64,000 nt of DNA from a virus. Below the pieces are notes generated by a model. The model was not told the origin of the DNA, searched no databases, and worked only from the letters and a program-made list of their open reading frames with translations. The stretch's first letter is position 1. Each line of letters begins with the position of its first letter. A program made the position numbers and the translations under genes. Positions 19,051-27,954 of this stretch are shown one piece after another. The stretch is from UHGV virus genome UHGV-0286546; one strand, written 5' to 3'.

Positions 19051-19092
19051 TATATCAGTCATAGATGTAAATATTGAAAGGTTGTAGTTAAT

Positions 19093-19407
19093 ATGCTGTC
19101 TGTTGATCTAAACGAGTTAAAGAGTGTAATAGAATCTGACATTGGTGCATTTTTCAAAAGTAATAACTTAGAAGCACCTTTACTTGTATTTTTAAATCAT
19201 GCTGATTCTGAAGATGTCTTATATTTTTCAGTGCTAATTGGAATAGCTGCCCGCAAACAACTCGATGAATATATACAAACTACTTACAGAGCATCTAAAA
19301 TATCAGACTTTAAAGGTGAACAAAATGTTCATTATGGTTCCTACGTTTTAACTAAAGATACAATAGAAGATATGATAACTATATTTAGGATAAAAGGTTA
19401 TTTGTAA
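19093..19407 (+). CDS. small protein, LxRIxGYL-box family (…MITIFRIKGYL)
   Basis: RBS gaaaggttgtagttaatATG. Confidence 0.6.
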   Translation: MLSVDLNELKSVIESDIGAFFKSNNLEAPLLVFLNHADSEDVLYFSVLIGIAARKQLDEYIQTTYRASKISDFKGEQNVHYGSYVLTKDTIEDMITIFRIKGYL

Positions 19408-19477
19408 TACATAGAGAATTATAACTCTTATCGCTTAAAATAGGCTCGGTTATTATTCCAGACCTTTATTTATATCT

Positions 19478-19508
19478 GTTTTACACTATTTTATTTACAT
19501 AGTACAAT
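19478..19508 (+). promoter_or_regulatory. sigma70-like promoter (cTGTTTTACA-N17-TACAAT)
   Basis: TTTACA at 19480-19485 and TACAAT at 19503-19508. Confidence 0.5.
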
Positions 19509-19539
19509 AAATATATAAAATGAAAAAGGTAGTATGTAA

Positions 19540-19917
19540 ATGAATGAGAATGTTTTTGCGTATATTAATATTGATGATTATCGTTTAGATTTGTCTAGTA
19601 TTGAATTAGACAATGAAATAATAAGTATACCCGAATCAATAATAACTAGTAGTACATTTATTAATACTCTTCACAATAAGTTAAAGAGTTGTTTTAAGAA
19701 TGTTTATGCAGTGCGTGCGCTTCGAACTTTTCCTATACCACAAGGCCATGAACTGGCAATATATCCTAAGTTTCAATATGTGATAAATGTAAACTTTGAG
19801 TATAAGGATTTAAACGATGAATTGTTTACTTTATATAAGATTGATCGCAAATCTGCTTTAATTTTTTTACTTAATGAGGTAAAAAAGATTATTGAAGAGT
19901 TTGAAAATATTATATAA
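19540..19917 (+). CDS. family variant (…ELFTLYKIDRKSAL…)
   Basis: TLY(K/R)ID box subfamily. Confidence 0.6.
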   Translation: MNENVFAYINIDDYRLDLSSIELDNEIISIPESIITSSTFINTLHNKLKSCFKNVYAVRALRTFPIPQGHELAIYPKFQYVINVNFEYKDLNDELFTLYKIDRKSALIFLLNEVKKIIEEFENII

Positions 19918-19920
19918 AGG

Positions 19921-20274
19921 TTGGCAATGCTAGAAAAGTTAAAAATTGGTATTCATGTATATCCTGCAGCTGATTTTGAAGTGTATAGTACTAAAATAAC
20001 TGTATATTTAGATTCTTTTTTGTCAAATTCAGAAGAACTAATAAAAGATAGCTTGATTGCTCAACTTGCAAAATATTATATAGGTGATGATTTTTCCGAT
20101 AATATAATTAGTTATATTTGGTTTAAAGGAAGTACATTTGATGTATCTTTTGACATAAAAGTAGTTGAGCATCAATTACTTGAAGAGTACAGAACCTTAT
20201 ATAGAATAAATAAAAAGACAGTCTGTGATTATTTTATTGACAGTATTAAAAAATTGGACAAGTGTACGTTATGA
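19921..20274 (+). CDS. family variant (…EYRTLYRINKKTV…)
   Basis: TLYRI box subfamily. Confidence 0.6.
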   Translation: MAMLEKLKIGIHVYPAADFEVYSTKITVYLDSFLSNSEELIKDSLIAQLAKYYIGDDFSDNIISYIWFKGSTFDVSFDIKVVEHQLLEEYRTLYRINKKTVCDYFIDSIKKLDKCTL

Positions 20275-20621
20275 GTTTAATAATAAATGTAAAACTCTTT
20301 GATCGTGATACTGAAGCTGATTCGATATCTTCAAAACAGATATACGAAAACTCTTTTGTTGCTCCAGAAGAATTAATTTCAGATAGAAGTTTGGATACTA
20401 TTCGAGAGATAGTCAAAATCAAATTACAAGAATATTTCAAAGACTTTTGTTTTTCGTGGGTATATTGGATAAAAGATAAATATTGTGAAGACAATAGATA
20501 CAAGTATGAAGATCAAGTAATCTCAATTAGTCTTTCGATATATGGTGAACTTATTAAAGGTGATTATAATACATTATATAGGATTGACAAAAAAAAGTAT
20601 GTGTATCTATATAATGAATAA
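20262..20621 (+). CDS. family variant (…DYNTLYRIDKKKY…)
   Basis: TLYRID box subfamily. Confidence 0.6.
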   Translation: MYVMSLIINVKLFDRDTEADSISSKQIYENSFVAPEELISDRSLDTIREIVKIKLQEYFKDFCFSWVYWIKDKYCEDNRYKYEDQVISISLSIYGELIKGDYNTLYRIDKKKYVYLYNE

Positions 20622-20659
20622 ATTAAAAGAATTAGAATTAGTAAAAGGATGACAACGTA

Positions 20660-20998
20660 ATGTATACTCATACTACTAATATCTTTTTTAACCTTGTGAC
20701 AGAGCAGAATGAAATTATTAAATATAATGTCGTTTTATCTTTGCATAGTCGAACTCCAAAAATAAAATCTCAAAAGGTATTTGATTTGATTAAAAATAAA
20801 TTAAAGGCGTTTTTTATTAATATTCCTAATATGACAATTTATCATAAAAATGAATATTTAACGATTTCGGCTTTGGAACAAGAATGTGATATTTTAGTTA
20901 TAATTAAAGTCATTGCGATAGATTTAAAAGAACATTATAGGACTTTGTTGAGAATCAGTCCTAGATCTCTAACAGAATGTTTCGTAGCGGCGTTATAA
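20660..20998 (+). CDS. family variant (…HYRTLLRISPRSL…)
   Basis: TLxRI box. Confidence 0.55.
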   Translation: MYTHTTNIFFNLVTEQNEIIKYNVVLSLHSRTPKIKSQKVFDLIKNKLKAFFINIPNMTIYHKNEYLTISALEQECDILVIIKVIAIDLKEHYRTLLRISPRSLTECFVAAL

Positions 20999-21043
20999 CA
21001 GAATGCAGTGAAAAATTTAGTACAATAAAGTGAAAGTAAAACA

Positions 21044-21388
21044 ATGAATCCTGAATACAAACTTTTTATCCAGTTAAATATGTATTGCACAAACACAGTC
21101 GAAGCAGTCATGAAAAATATAACAATGATTATACCTTATATGAATACGCGTACTTTAGCTATCAAAATTGAATCTATTATAAATAAATATTTTATAAGCC
21201 AAAGATTGAGTCAAATAAAATACACATATCATCCTTTTAAAACAGATATTGGAAATGAGATTATCGTTTATGTAAATATGCGTGAAAAAGATTTGTTAAA
21301 TGATTATAAAACTTTGCAGCGAATCAAAGAGGATTATGTATTATGTAACATTAAATCAGAAATAGAAGCGTGTTTAACTCTGTTTTAG
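21044..21388 (+). CDS. family variant (…DYKTLQRIKEDYV…)
   Basis: TLxRI box. Confidence 0.55.
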   Translation: MNPEYKLFIQLNMYCTNTVEAVMKNITMIIPYMNTRTLAIKIESIINKYFISQRLSQIKYTYHPFKTDIGNEIIVYVNMREKDLLNDYKTLQRIKEDYVLCNIKSEIEACLTLF

Positions 21389-21470
21389 TATTTTATTAAC
21401 TATTTCTGTTTTACTTTTCTTATAAAATAGCATATACTTATAATATATAAAGAAGAAAAGGACAAAAACA

Positions 21471-21812
21471 ATGAATATGCTAAAACATTTTACAGATGCA
21501 ACAGCTCATGCAAAGGCGCTGAAGATTATATTGGGATTAGATTCGCCGGTACATATCTTTGGACAATACGATAGACAAGAGAAAAAAGAAATTTCTTATA
21601 TTATTTGTTTTGATTTGCCTTGTAATAAGTCTGAAGCACCTTATTTTAAGAATTATGTGTTGTCTAATTTAGTTCAATTCGGAATGACAGCGAAACGAGT
21701 ATTTTTTACAAAGAATAAATTAGTTTTAACTGTTCCTTTTGAAGCTTTACTTGAATTATCACAACACATAAAAATGATGGTAAATTCTACAAGCAATAGG
21801 GAATTTAAATGA
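21471..21812 (+). CDS. hypothetical protein
   Basis: ORF after a promoter-like ctgTTTTACT…TTATAAT at about 21401-21440. Confidence 0.55.
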   Translation: MNMLKHFTDATAHAKALKIILGLDSPVHIFGQYDRQEKKEISYIICFDLPCNKSEAPYFKNYVLSNLVQFGMTAKRVFFTKNKLVLTVPFEALLELSQHIKMMVNSTSNREFK

Positions 21813-22129
21813 TAGAAACTTGTGAAACGATTTCTGCCCTTTTACTCAAATACTTTTTAAACAATAATAGAGAATTGTATTTATTTAAGCCGGTATTTGA
21901 AATAAACCCAAAGGAGCTTTTGAATCACGCTAAAAAATTAATAAAAGAGTTGGGGCTAAATAATTATATAGATGTTTGCTTACACGAAGTTATTATTGAA
22001 CTATCTGGAATACAAATGGAAAAACAATCTACTGAAATGGTACATTTTAGTGTGAAAAAAGATAAGGAACATATGGCAGATACTATTTTAGGTTTACTCT
22101 ATATTAAATTAGGAAAACAGTATGATTGA
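21809..22129 (+). CDS. hypothetical protein (C-terminus …ILGLLYIKLGKQYD, loose family resemblance)
   Basis: ORF overlapping the upstream stop. Confidence 0.5.
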   Translation: MIETCETISALLLKYFLNNNRELYLFKPVFEINPKELLNHAKKLIKELGLNNYIDVCLHEVIIELSGIQMEKQSTEMVHFSVKKDKEHMADTILGLLYIKLGKQYD

Positions 22130-22433
22130 CGAACGAGACATATTGGATTTTTGTCGGCTATATAACGAAAAACTTCATGACAATACTGGATTGAAGGTAA
22201 TGTGTTTTTGTGAAGAATCAGATGTTGTTCATGTTGGTTATTTTTTAGGTCATATCTTTAGTGATACTCCTATTGCAAAAGCTTTTTATAAAGAAATAGT
22301 AGAAGCAATGACAGTCAAATTAAAAGAATTGAATATTAATTATAAAATTGCTTTAGATGGTAAATTAATTGGTGTAATAATAAATGAAAATGCGTTTTAT
22401 GATTTTTTGACGTATCTTAAAATTCTTAACTGA
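22122..22433 (+). CDS. hypothetical protein (C-terminus …FYDFLTYLKILN, loose family resemblance)
   Basis: ORF overlapping the upstream stop. Confidence 0.5.
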   Translation: MIDERDILDFCRLYNEKLHDNTGLKVMCFCEESDVVHVGYFLGHIFSDTPIAKAFYKEIVEAMTVKLKELNINYKIALDGKLIGVIINENAFYDFLTYLKILN

Positions 22434-22443
22434 AGAGGTTTAA

Positions 22444-23022
22444 ATGTACAATTCACACCTAATCACATTTTGTGTTTATAGACGTAATTCTGTTGTTTTT
22501 AAATACACAACATCAGATCGTTTTATACTACCGATTGCTGATTTATTTGATAATAAGGGGATTGTACTTTACGATGATATTTATTTTAAATTGAGTGATT
22601 TAAATAAATGTTTTAAATTAAGCAGTGATAAAACAAATAACCAAACTATAAAAAATGAATTACTTTCACTATTTAAATCACGAATTAGACATGCAAAACA
22701 ATTTAGTAAGCAAGTTCAAGTACACCCAATAATCGATATTTGTTATGCGGACGATAAGGATATTATTTCATTTATACGTTATATCAAAAAATGTGATTTG
22801 AGAAAGTTTATAGCATACCTTGCATCTACGTTTAAACTAAATAAATATCAATCCTTTTCATTATACAAAGCAGGTTTAAATAAAAAACAAGTTACTTTGA
22901 GTTTACGTACATTATTTGATGATGATACTACGGAATTATATCGAGTGATTAATGAAAAAGATATTTATAAAATGATATATGACTCGGTAAAAGGATATAC
23001 AAAGGAAGAAAATGAATCGTAA
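22444..23022 (+). CDS. hypothetical protein (192 aa)
   Basis: ORF with RBS gaagaggtttaaATG. Confidence 0.55.
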   Translation: MYNSHLITFCVYRRNSVVFKYTTSDRFILPIADLFDNKGIVLYDDIYFKLSDLNKCFKLSSDKTNNQTIKNELLSLFKSRIRHAKQFSKQVQVHPIIDICYADDKDIISFIRYIKKCDLRKFIAYLASTFKLNKYQSFSLYKAGLNKKQVTLSLRTLFDDDTTELYRVINEKDIYKMIYDSVKGYTKEENES

Positions 23023-23281
23023 TATACCTGAATATATAAAAGATATATTTGTAAAAACAATACATTATGAAAAGTCACAGTGTATATTTAAATACCGTCA
23101 TAAGCAAAAATTATTTTCTGTTGAATTTCCCGGTACCTTGTATACATTTGAATGGTTTTCTATTAAGCAGATGTTAGCGCTGACTGGGTATAAAGTAATG
23201 TATAGGTATAACACTGTTTATATTTATGACGTTGATGATTTTGAATTATTGCACGGAGTATTGAAATTACATGTTAGTTAG
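23012..23281 (+). CDS. small protein, LxRIxGYL-box family (divergent: …ELLHGVLKLHVS)
   Basis: C-terminal box variant. Confidence 0.5.
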   Translation: MNRNIPEYIKDIFVKTIHYEKSQCIFKYRHKQKLFSVEFPGTLYTFEWFSIKQMLALTGYKVMYRYNTVYIYDVDDFELLHGVLKLHVS

Positions 23282-23576
23282 TTATAAAGAAAAAGTAGCT
23301 TATTACAATTATATAAAAGATAAATTATGCAAAGACCTCAACTTGGAGATAATAGAGTTTACATGTGTTCGGGGTGAAGTTTTAATATCTTCTCTTGATC
23401 CTAGTACTTATACTAATTATGAGATCAAAGACACAATTAGAAATAATATATATGAATTAAATCTTATTGGTTATATTGTGGTTTCTATGGGTTATGACAA
23501 TAGATATATTAGTGTTAAAGTTTATGATCCTGCTCCAGAATTTATCACACTTCTAAGAATAGAAGGATATTTGTGA
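23271..23576 (+). CDS. small protein, LxRIxGYL-box family (…FITLLRIEGYL)
   Basis: Canonical C-terminal box. Confidence 0.6.
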   Translation: MLVSYKEKVAYYNYIKDKLCKDLNLEIIEFTCVRGEVLISSLDPSTYTNYEIKDTIRNNIYELNLIGYIVVSMGYDNRYISVKVYDPAPEFITLLRIEGYL

Positions 23577-24065
23577 ATGTATAAGTTCAATGAAAAAATA
23601 TATCTTGCAGTTAGTGGAAATCATAGAAATAAGGTTTTACATTATTTAAAAAATAGAGCAGAAATGTATAAAATCTATGTTCACAGGGATTATTTTAAAG
23701 ATGAAGAAATAATTACAATTAAACCGTGGGGTAAATCTGGTAGTGGAATGCGTTATGGTTTATATCAGGATTTAGATAGATATTCATTTTTAGCTTTAAA
23801 GAAAATGATGAAGTATCAAGGAAAAAGAATCATAGAGATAGTTCTAAAACCAGAGATAGTAGTAGCTTTATATTTAAATTACGGGGTAAAAATACACACA
23901 GTAGAAGGAGCGTTAATTGAATATATAAAGCAGATTTTTAAAAAAGATGTTTATGTAACTCATTCTTGGGAAGTTTGTACGTATTCGATTCATGAAACAA
24001 AGTATATATGTACAGAAACAAACACATTAGAAAAAGTTGAAAAACAATATATTGAAATTTTATAA
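23577..24065 (+). CDS. hypothetical protein (162 aa)
   Basis: ORF directly abutting the upstream stop. Confidence 0.55.
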   Translation: MYKFNEKIYLAVSGNHRNKVLHYLKNRAEMYKIYVHRDYFKDEEIITIKPWGKSGSGMRYGLYQDLDRYSFLALKKMMKYQGKRIIEIVLKPEIVVALYLNYGVKIHTVEGALIEYIKQIFKKDVYVTHSWEVCTYSIHETKYICTETNTLEKVEKQYIEIL

Positions 24066-24078
24066 AGGAAAAAGAAAA

Positions 24079-24432
24079 ATGATCTTAAATAAAGGAAAAT
24101 ATACAAACATTAAAGTTGCTTTGGCAAATACTAGTATTATTAATAAAGATCCTCAGATTACTCTTTATTCAGATGATGCAAAGACCATTATTGGTAAAGC
24201 TAAAGTCGTAGATGAAAATCCTTTAACCTTAGATATTGAAATCGAAAAGAATTTAGAATTTTCTACTCCATATTTTAGAATTGTACCTATGAATTATACT
24301 CAACAAAATGGCTATATTATTTCTATACAATCTCTTAAATTAGTAGCTGACATTTCAGAATATACTCCTTTTGTTTTGTCTATTGAAGATAGCTTTAAAG
24401 CAAAGAGAACTACTAGAAAAGCTAGCAAATAA
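24079..24432 (+). CDS. hypothetical protein
   Basis: Start chosen at ATG 24079 after RBS taaaggaaaaagaaaaATG. The ORF-track start at 24037 overlaps the previous gene. Confidence 0.55.
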   Translation: MILNKGKYTNIKVALANTSIINKDPQITLYSDDAKTIIGKAKVVDENPLTLDIEIEKNLEFSTPYFRIVPMNYTQQNGYIISIQSLKLVADISEYTPFVLSIEDSFKAKRTTRKASK

Positions 24433-24434
24433 CT

Positions 24435-24465
24435 GTTTTACAAAATAGACAAAATATTGTAAATT
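24435..24465 (+). promoter_or_regulatory. promoter-like (cTGTTTTACA-N17-TAAATT)
   Basis: Recurrent -35 motif with a weak -10. Confidence 0.35.
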
Positions 24466-24520
24466 ATAAATATAAAGTTAATTGACCCCAGATATTATTA
24501 TTTAGTATTTGGGGTATTTT

Positions 24521-25147
24521 ATGCAAAGGAATCAAGAAATGAAAAAATTACCCAGCGAATATTTATTTGTTGCAAAAGATGGTAAAACATATTATAAAGC
24601 ATATCAAAAACATAAAAAAGAAATTGAACTTAATGGATATATATTAGCTTCGATTCCGGTTGTATTTGATAAAGAGGCTACTACAGAAGTATTGTTTAAA
24701 ATCATAGAAGATAATCCGCACCTAAAAGATTCTATGTTTTATTTTGATGAGTTTAATAAAGAATTTAATCAAGAAAGCGAAGATACTTATAAAGGTAAAT
24801 TAAACTTTTATTGGTGGGGCATTGAAGTTGAAGATAAAGTTATTGATACAATGATTCCTAAAATGGAAGTAGATATGATTGACGAAACAGGCGAGCGTTA
24901 TAGTATTGAATTTTTATCTGTAAATAAATTGAAAAATCTTAAAATCAACGTTGATCCTACTTTCAATATTTATGACAAAGAAAATAAACCGGTATATACT
25001 CTTGTTAGTTATCCGACGCTGTTCCATATTTTGTATGGATTTTTCTGGGAAGTAAGTTTTTTCGGTAATCCAGAAGATAGAGAAAATAAATCAAATGAAT
25101 TACAAGAAGCGTTAAAAGGTATTAAGAAGGAATTCGACATTGAATAA
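24521..25147 (+). CDS. hypothetical protein (about 209 aa)
   Basis: ATG at 24521. The track start at 24509 is a TTG. Preceded by the stem-loop accccagat/atttggggt at 24485-24515. Confidence 0.55.
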   Translation: MQRNQEMKKLPSEYLFVAKDGKTYYKAYQKHKKEIELNGYILASIPVVFDKEATTEVLFKIIEDNPHLKDSMFYFDEFNKEFNQESEDTYKGKLNFYWWGIEVEDKVIDTMIPKMEVDMIDETGERYSIEFLSVNKLKNLKINVDPTFNIYDKENKPVYTLVSYPTLFHILYGFFWEVSFFGNPEDRENKSNELQEALKGIKKEFDIE

Positions 25148-25526
25148 AAATAATGTATTATTAGTTGAAGATAATTTAAGTGTTGCAGCAATTTTTAAAA
25201 TATTAGCAAAAAGAATGGGTATTAACTTAGTCCATCAAACTTCGGCAGAGCGTACTTTAGAATTAGAAGATACTCCACATGCACCTATTTCTTTGGCAAA
25301 TCTTATTATATTGGATTTTGATTTAGTAGGTGAAAATACTCTACCTATTTTACAATATATTAAAGATAATAATATAAATACTCCTGTTATTATGAATAGT
25401 GCAAACCCTAGTATAAAGGATACTATTGATAAAAACGGTTTTACAGATATAATAAAAGAATATAAAGATAAAAATTGTTCATTACAAGAAACACAGGATA
25501 TAATTTTAAAATACCTCGAGGCATAA
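25140..25526 (+). CDS. stand-alone CheY-like receiver (REC) domain protein
   Basis: VLLVEDN (acidic pocket), IILDFDL (candidate phospho-acceptor Asp), TPVIMNSA and a later Lys: the pattern of a response-regulator receiver. Apparent TTG start overlapping the upstream stop. Confidence 0.5.
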   Translation: MNKNNVLLVEDNLSVAAIFKILAKRMGINLVHQTSAERTLELEDTPHAPISLANLIILDFDLVGENTLPILQYIKDNNINTPVIMNSANPSIKDTIDKNGFTDIIKEYKDKNCSLQETQDIILKYLEA

Positions 25527-25532
25527 GTTTAA

Positions 25533-25718
25533 ATGATTAGTAAAGAAATTGATGAGAGACAAGAAGCACAACAGCTTAATGACTTTTATAATCAAGATGC
25601 AGATTTTATTTTGACAAAAGAAGAAAAGATTGCTAGAATAAAAAAGAACAAAGAGAATTACTATAAAGAACGATTAGCTAAGATGGTATTTGATTCGAAA
25701 GGTAGACAAGGTAAATGA
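25533..25718 (+). CDS. hypothetical small protein
   Basis: ORF with RBS gaggcataagtttaaATG. Confidence 0.45.
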   Translation: MISKEIDERQEAQQLNDFYNQDADFILTKEEKIARIKKNKENYYKERLAKMVFDSKGRQGK

Positions 25719-25871
25719 CTACGGAATTAGAAGCTAAGTTAATAGACCAAAACGAAAAGTTAACTAAAACTTTATTACAAATCAAAACTATAATTCAAAA
25801 CGGTAATAGAATTGATTTGGAAATGCTTAAAAAAGAAATAACATTAATAATCGATCAAGAGTTGAAACTAG

Positions 25872-26177
25872 ATGGTAAATAATTTTGTAATCGAAATCGA
25901 AAAAGAATTAAAAAAACAAATAATATCTGAATTGATATTTAATACAGATAGACTTTTGGATAATGAACCTTTTTTTATGAAAGGTACTGATATCGAATTT
26001 GTAGATAATTCCTGCGTTTTTACTTTCTTTACGTTTTCTACAATAAAAAATATTGTCTTAGAGCTTTTTAAAAATAGACTTAAAAATGTAGAGATCAAAG
26101 ATAGTGCAAATACAATTACTCTTTGCGGTGTTTCTTCTTATGATGATTTAATAGGATTATTAACTATATGCAAATAA
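25872..26177 (+). CDS. hypothetical protein (C-terminus …DDLIGLLTICK, loose family resemblance)
   Basis: ORF only. Confidence 0.5.
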   Translation: MVNNFVIEIEKELKKQIISELIFNTDRLLDNEPFFMKGTDIEFVDNSCVFTFFTFSTIKNIVLELFKNRLKNVEIKDSANTITLCGVSSYDDLIGLLTICK

Positions 26178-26437
26178 GCAATAAACTTATTATGGAATTA
26201 TCTAAAACCGCTTTGAAATATGCCATACTCTTAGATATTTCATACAATAATAATATCTTAAGTTTTAAAATCAATTCAAAAAGTTATGATTGGGGAATAG
26301 GTAAGTTTTTATCTAGTTGTTTTACAGTTTTATCAAAATATTATAATATTACATATAATAAAGGTTGTTTTACAGTTAACGATCTTACAAATGAAACTCT
26401 ATTTATTAAAAGGCTGAAAAAAATTGACAATCGATGA
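26168..26437 (+). CDS. hypothetical protein
   Basis: ORF overlapping the upstream gene. Confidence 0.5.
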   Translation: MQISNKLIMELSKTALKYAILLDISYNNNILSFKINSKSYDWGIGKFLSSCFTVLSKYYNITYNKGCFTVNDLTNETLFIKRLKKIDNR

Positions 26438-26750
26438 AGAAACATTTGAAACTGTGTTTAGAAAGTTTTGGTATCCTTTTTCACTCTATTTGTTGACTCT
26501 CACATTTAAAGAAACAACAAAAGCACTATTTATTATTTGTAAATTCGAAGATGAGCGTATTGAATCTTCTAGTATAAATACAATTCAAAAGGCTTTTCAT
26601 GTTGCAGTTTTAAAAGACCATTTAAATAAATATCCAGAATTAAAAGATCAAATAAGAATAATAAATGAGTATGTAAACAAGAATAGTAAAATTACATTTG
26701 AAATTAAAGATCCTGACTTATTTTATGCATATATGAGATTGAAAGTATAA
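26424..26750 (+). CDS. small protein, family-like C-terminus (…LFYAYMRLKV)
   Basis: ORF only. Confidence 0.5.
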   Translation: MTIDEETFETVFRKFWYPFSLYLLTLTFKETTKALFIICKFEDERIESSSINTIQKAFHVAVLKDHLNKYPELKDQIRIINEYVNKNSKITFEIKDPDLFYAYMRLKV

Positions 26751-26752
26751 AT

Positions 26753-27145
26753 ATGATTTTTATAGCAGATGTTATCAGAGATAATAAGAAAGTTGAAGTA
26801 ACCGGTCCCTTTGAAAAAGTTATCAAACAATGCATGCCAGATGTAGATCCTAAAGAATATGTACGTGGATTTTTTATATTTTTAAATTACTTTAATATTA
26901 CGGAAAATTCGTCTGGGCATGCTTATTGGTATTGTAATGATTCAGGCAGAAGATATGTTACTTTAGATTTCAGTGACATTTATCATAATGCTTTATATGA
27001 AATTGCTAGTTTTAAATATTTTAAAGATGCCGGAATAAAACCACAGTATACTACAATCTATAATAAAACACGTTATAGTTTAACCATTCCGGTACAAGAA
27101 GATTGGGAAGTTTTTCTTGGATATATAAAGATTACAAACTATTAA
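26753..27145 (+). CDS. small protein, family-like C-terminus (…FLGYIKITNY)
   Basis: ORF only. Confidence 0.5.
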   Translation: MIFIADVIRDNKKVEVTGPFEKVIKQCMPDVDPKEYVRGFFIFLNYFNITENSSGHAYWYCNDSGRRYVTLDFSDIYHNALYEIASFKYFKDAGIKPQYTTIYNKTRYSLTIPVQEDWEVFLGYIKITNY

Positions 27146-27150
27146 ATAAA

Positions 27151-27181
27151 CTGTTTTACAAAAAATGTTATCGACGTTATA
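27151..27181 (+). promoter_or_regulatory. sigma70-like promoter (cTGTTTTACA-N17-TATACT)
   Basis: TTTACA at 27153-27158 and TATACT at 27176-27181. Confidence 0.5.
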
Positions 27182-27215
27182 CTATATTTAATAACAATGA
27201 TTGAAAGGAAAATAA

Positions 27216-27836
27216 ATGAACAAACTAGTTAAAATAAAAGTAGACGGAATGATTTTTGATTCTTTAGTAAAAGCTGCGAAGTTTATTAAATGTAATGCTT
27301 ATTCGATTAGTAATAAGTTTACATCTGCTAAAAGCAATAAAATTGAATTTAAAGGTCATTCTGTTGAAAAAATCGAAGCAAATGATTTGATGATTAAATC
27401 GAATCGTGGTAGAAAAAGAGTTAAAGTAAAATGTGTTACTACCGGTGAAATTTTCAATTCTATTTCAGATGCAGCTAAAGCACTTGGTATCAACGCATGG
27501 ACTTTTGGTCTTAAAATGGAAACGAACGGTAAGTATGTTGATGCTCAAGGCAAAGAATATGTTCGTGAAACACCGATTAATAGAAGTAGTAATACTGAAT
27601 ATAAAAAGACTAAAAACGACACGATTATATCTAAGCCACGTCATGAAATGATTAAAGATACAATTATTGAAACTGTAGAAAATCTCGATGTAGAAAAAAC
27701 AGTTGAAAAAATGGTTGCATCAAAAACCGAAGAAATTCGTGATCTTGAAAAAGTTGCTACTAAATTGGCGGCAAAGAGCAAGTACAGTGAAGCAGCTATG
27801 ATTTATGAATTGCTGAATACTCTCACTACAAAATAA
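27216..27836 (+). CDS. DNA-binding protein with two NUMOD1-like helix-turn-helix repeats
   Basis: FDSLVKAAKFIKCNAYSIS and FNSISDAAKALGINAWTFG resemble the NUMOD1/IENR-type HTH modules of homing endonucleases. No nuclease motif seen. Confidence 0.45.
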   Translation: MNKLVKIKVDGMIFDSLVKAAKFIKCNAYSISNKFTSAKSNKIEFKGHSVEKIEANDLMIKSNRGRKRVKVKCVTTGEIFNSISDAAKALGINAWTFGLKMETNGKYVDAQGKEYVRETPINRSSNTEYKKTKNDTIISKPRHEMIKDTIIETVENLDVEKTVEKMVASKTEEIRDLEKVATKLAAKSKYSEAAMIYELLNTLTTK

Positions 27837-27856
27837 TAAAGTTTATCCTTCAAATT

Positions 27857-27893
27857 GGACTCGGTTTTTAATGAATCGGGTCCTTTTTGTTTT
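27857..27893 (+). terminator. terminator-like hairpin (ggactcgg-N11-tcgggtcc with G·U pairs) + T-run
   Basis: Downstream of the 27216-27836 gene. Overlaps the next promoter. Confidence 0.45.
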
Positions 27894-27919
27894 ACATATC
27901 AAATTAATTATGATAAATA
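27889..27919 (+). promoter_or_regulatory. promoter-like (tTGTTTTACA-N17-TAAATA)
   Basis: Recurrent motif upstream of the peptidase gene. Confidence 0.4.
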
Positions 27920-27954
27920 TTAAATAATGTTAAACAAATGAAAGAGTTAGAAAA

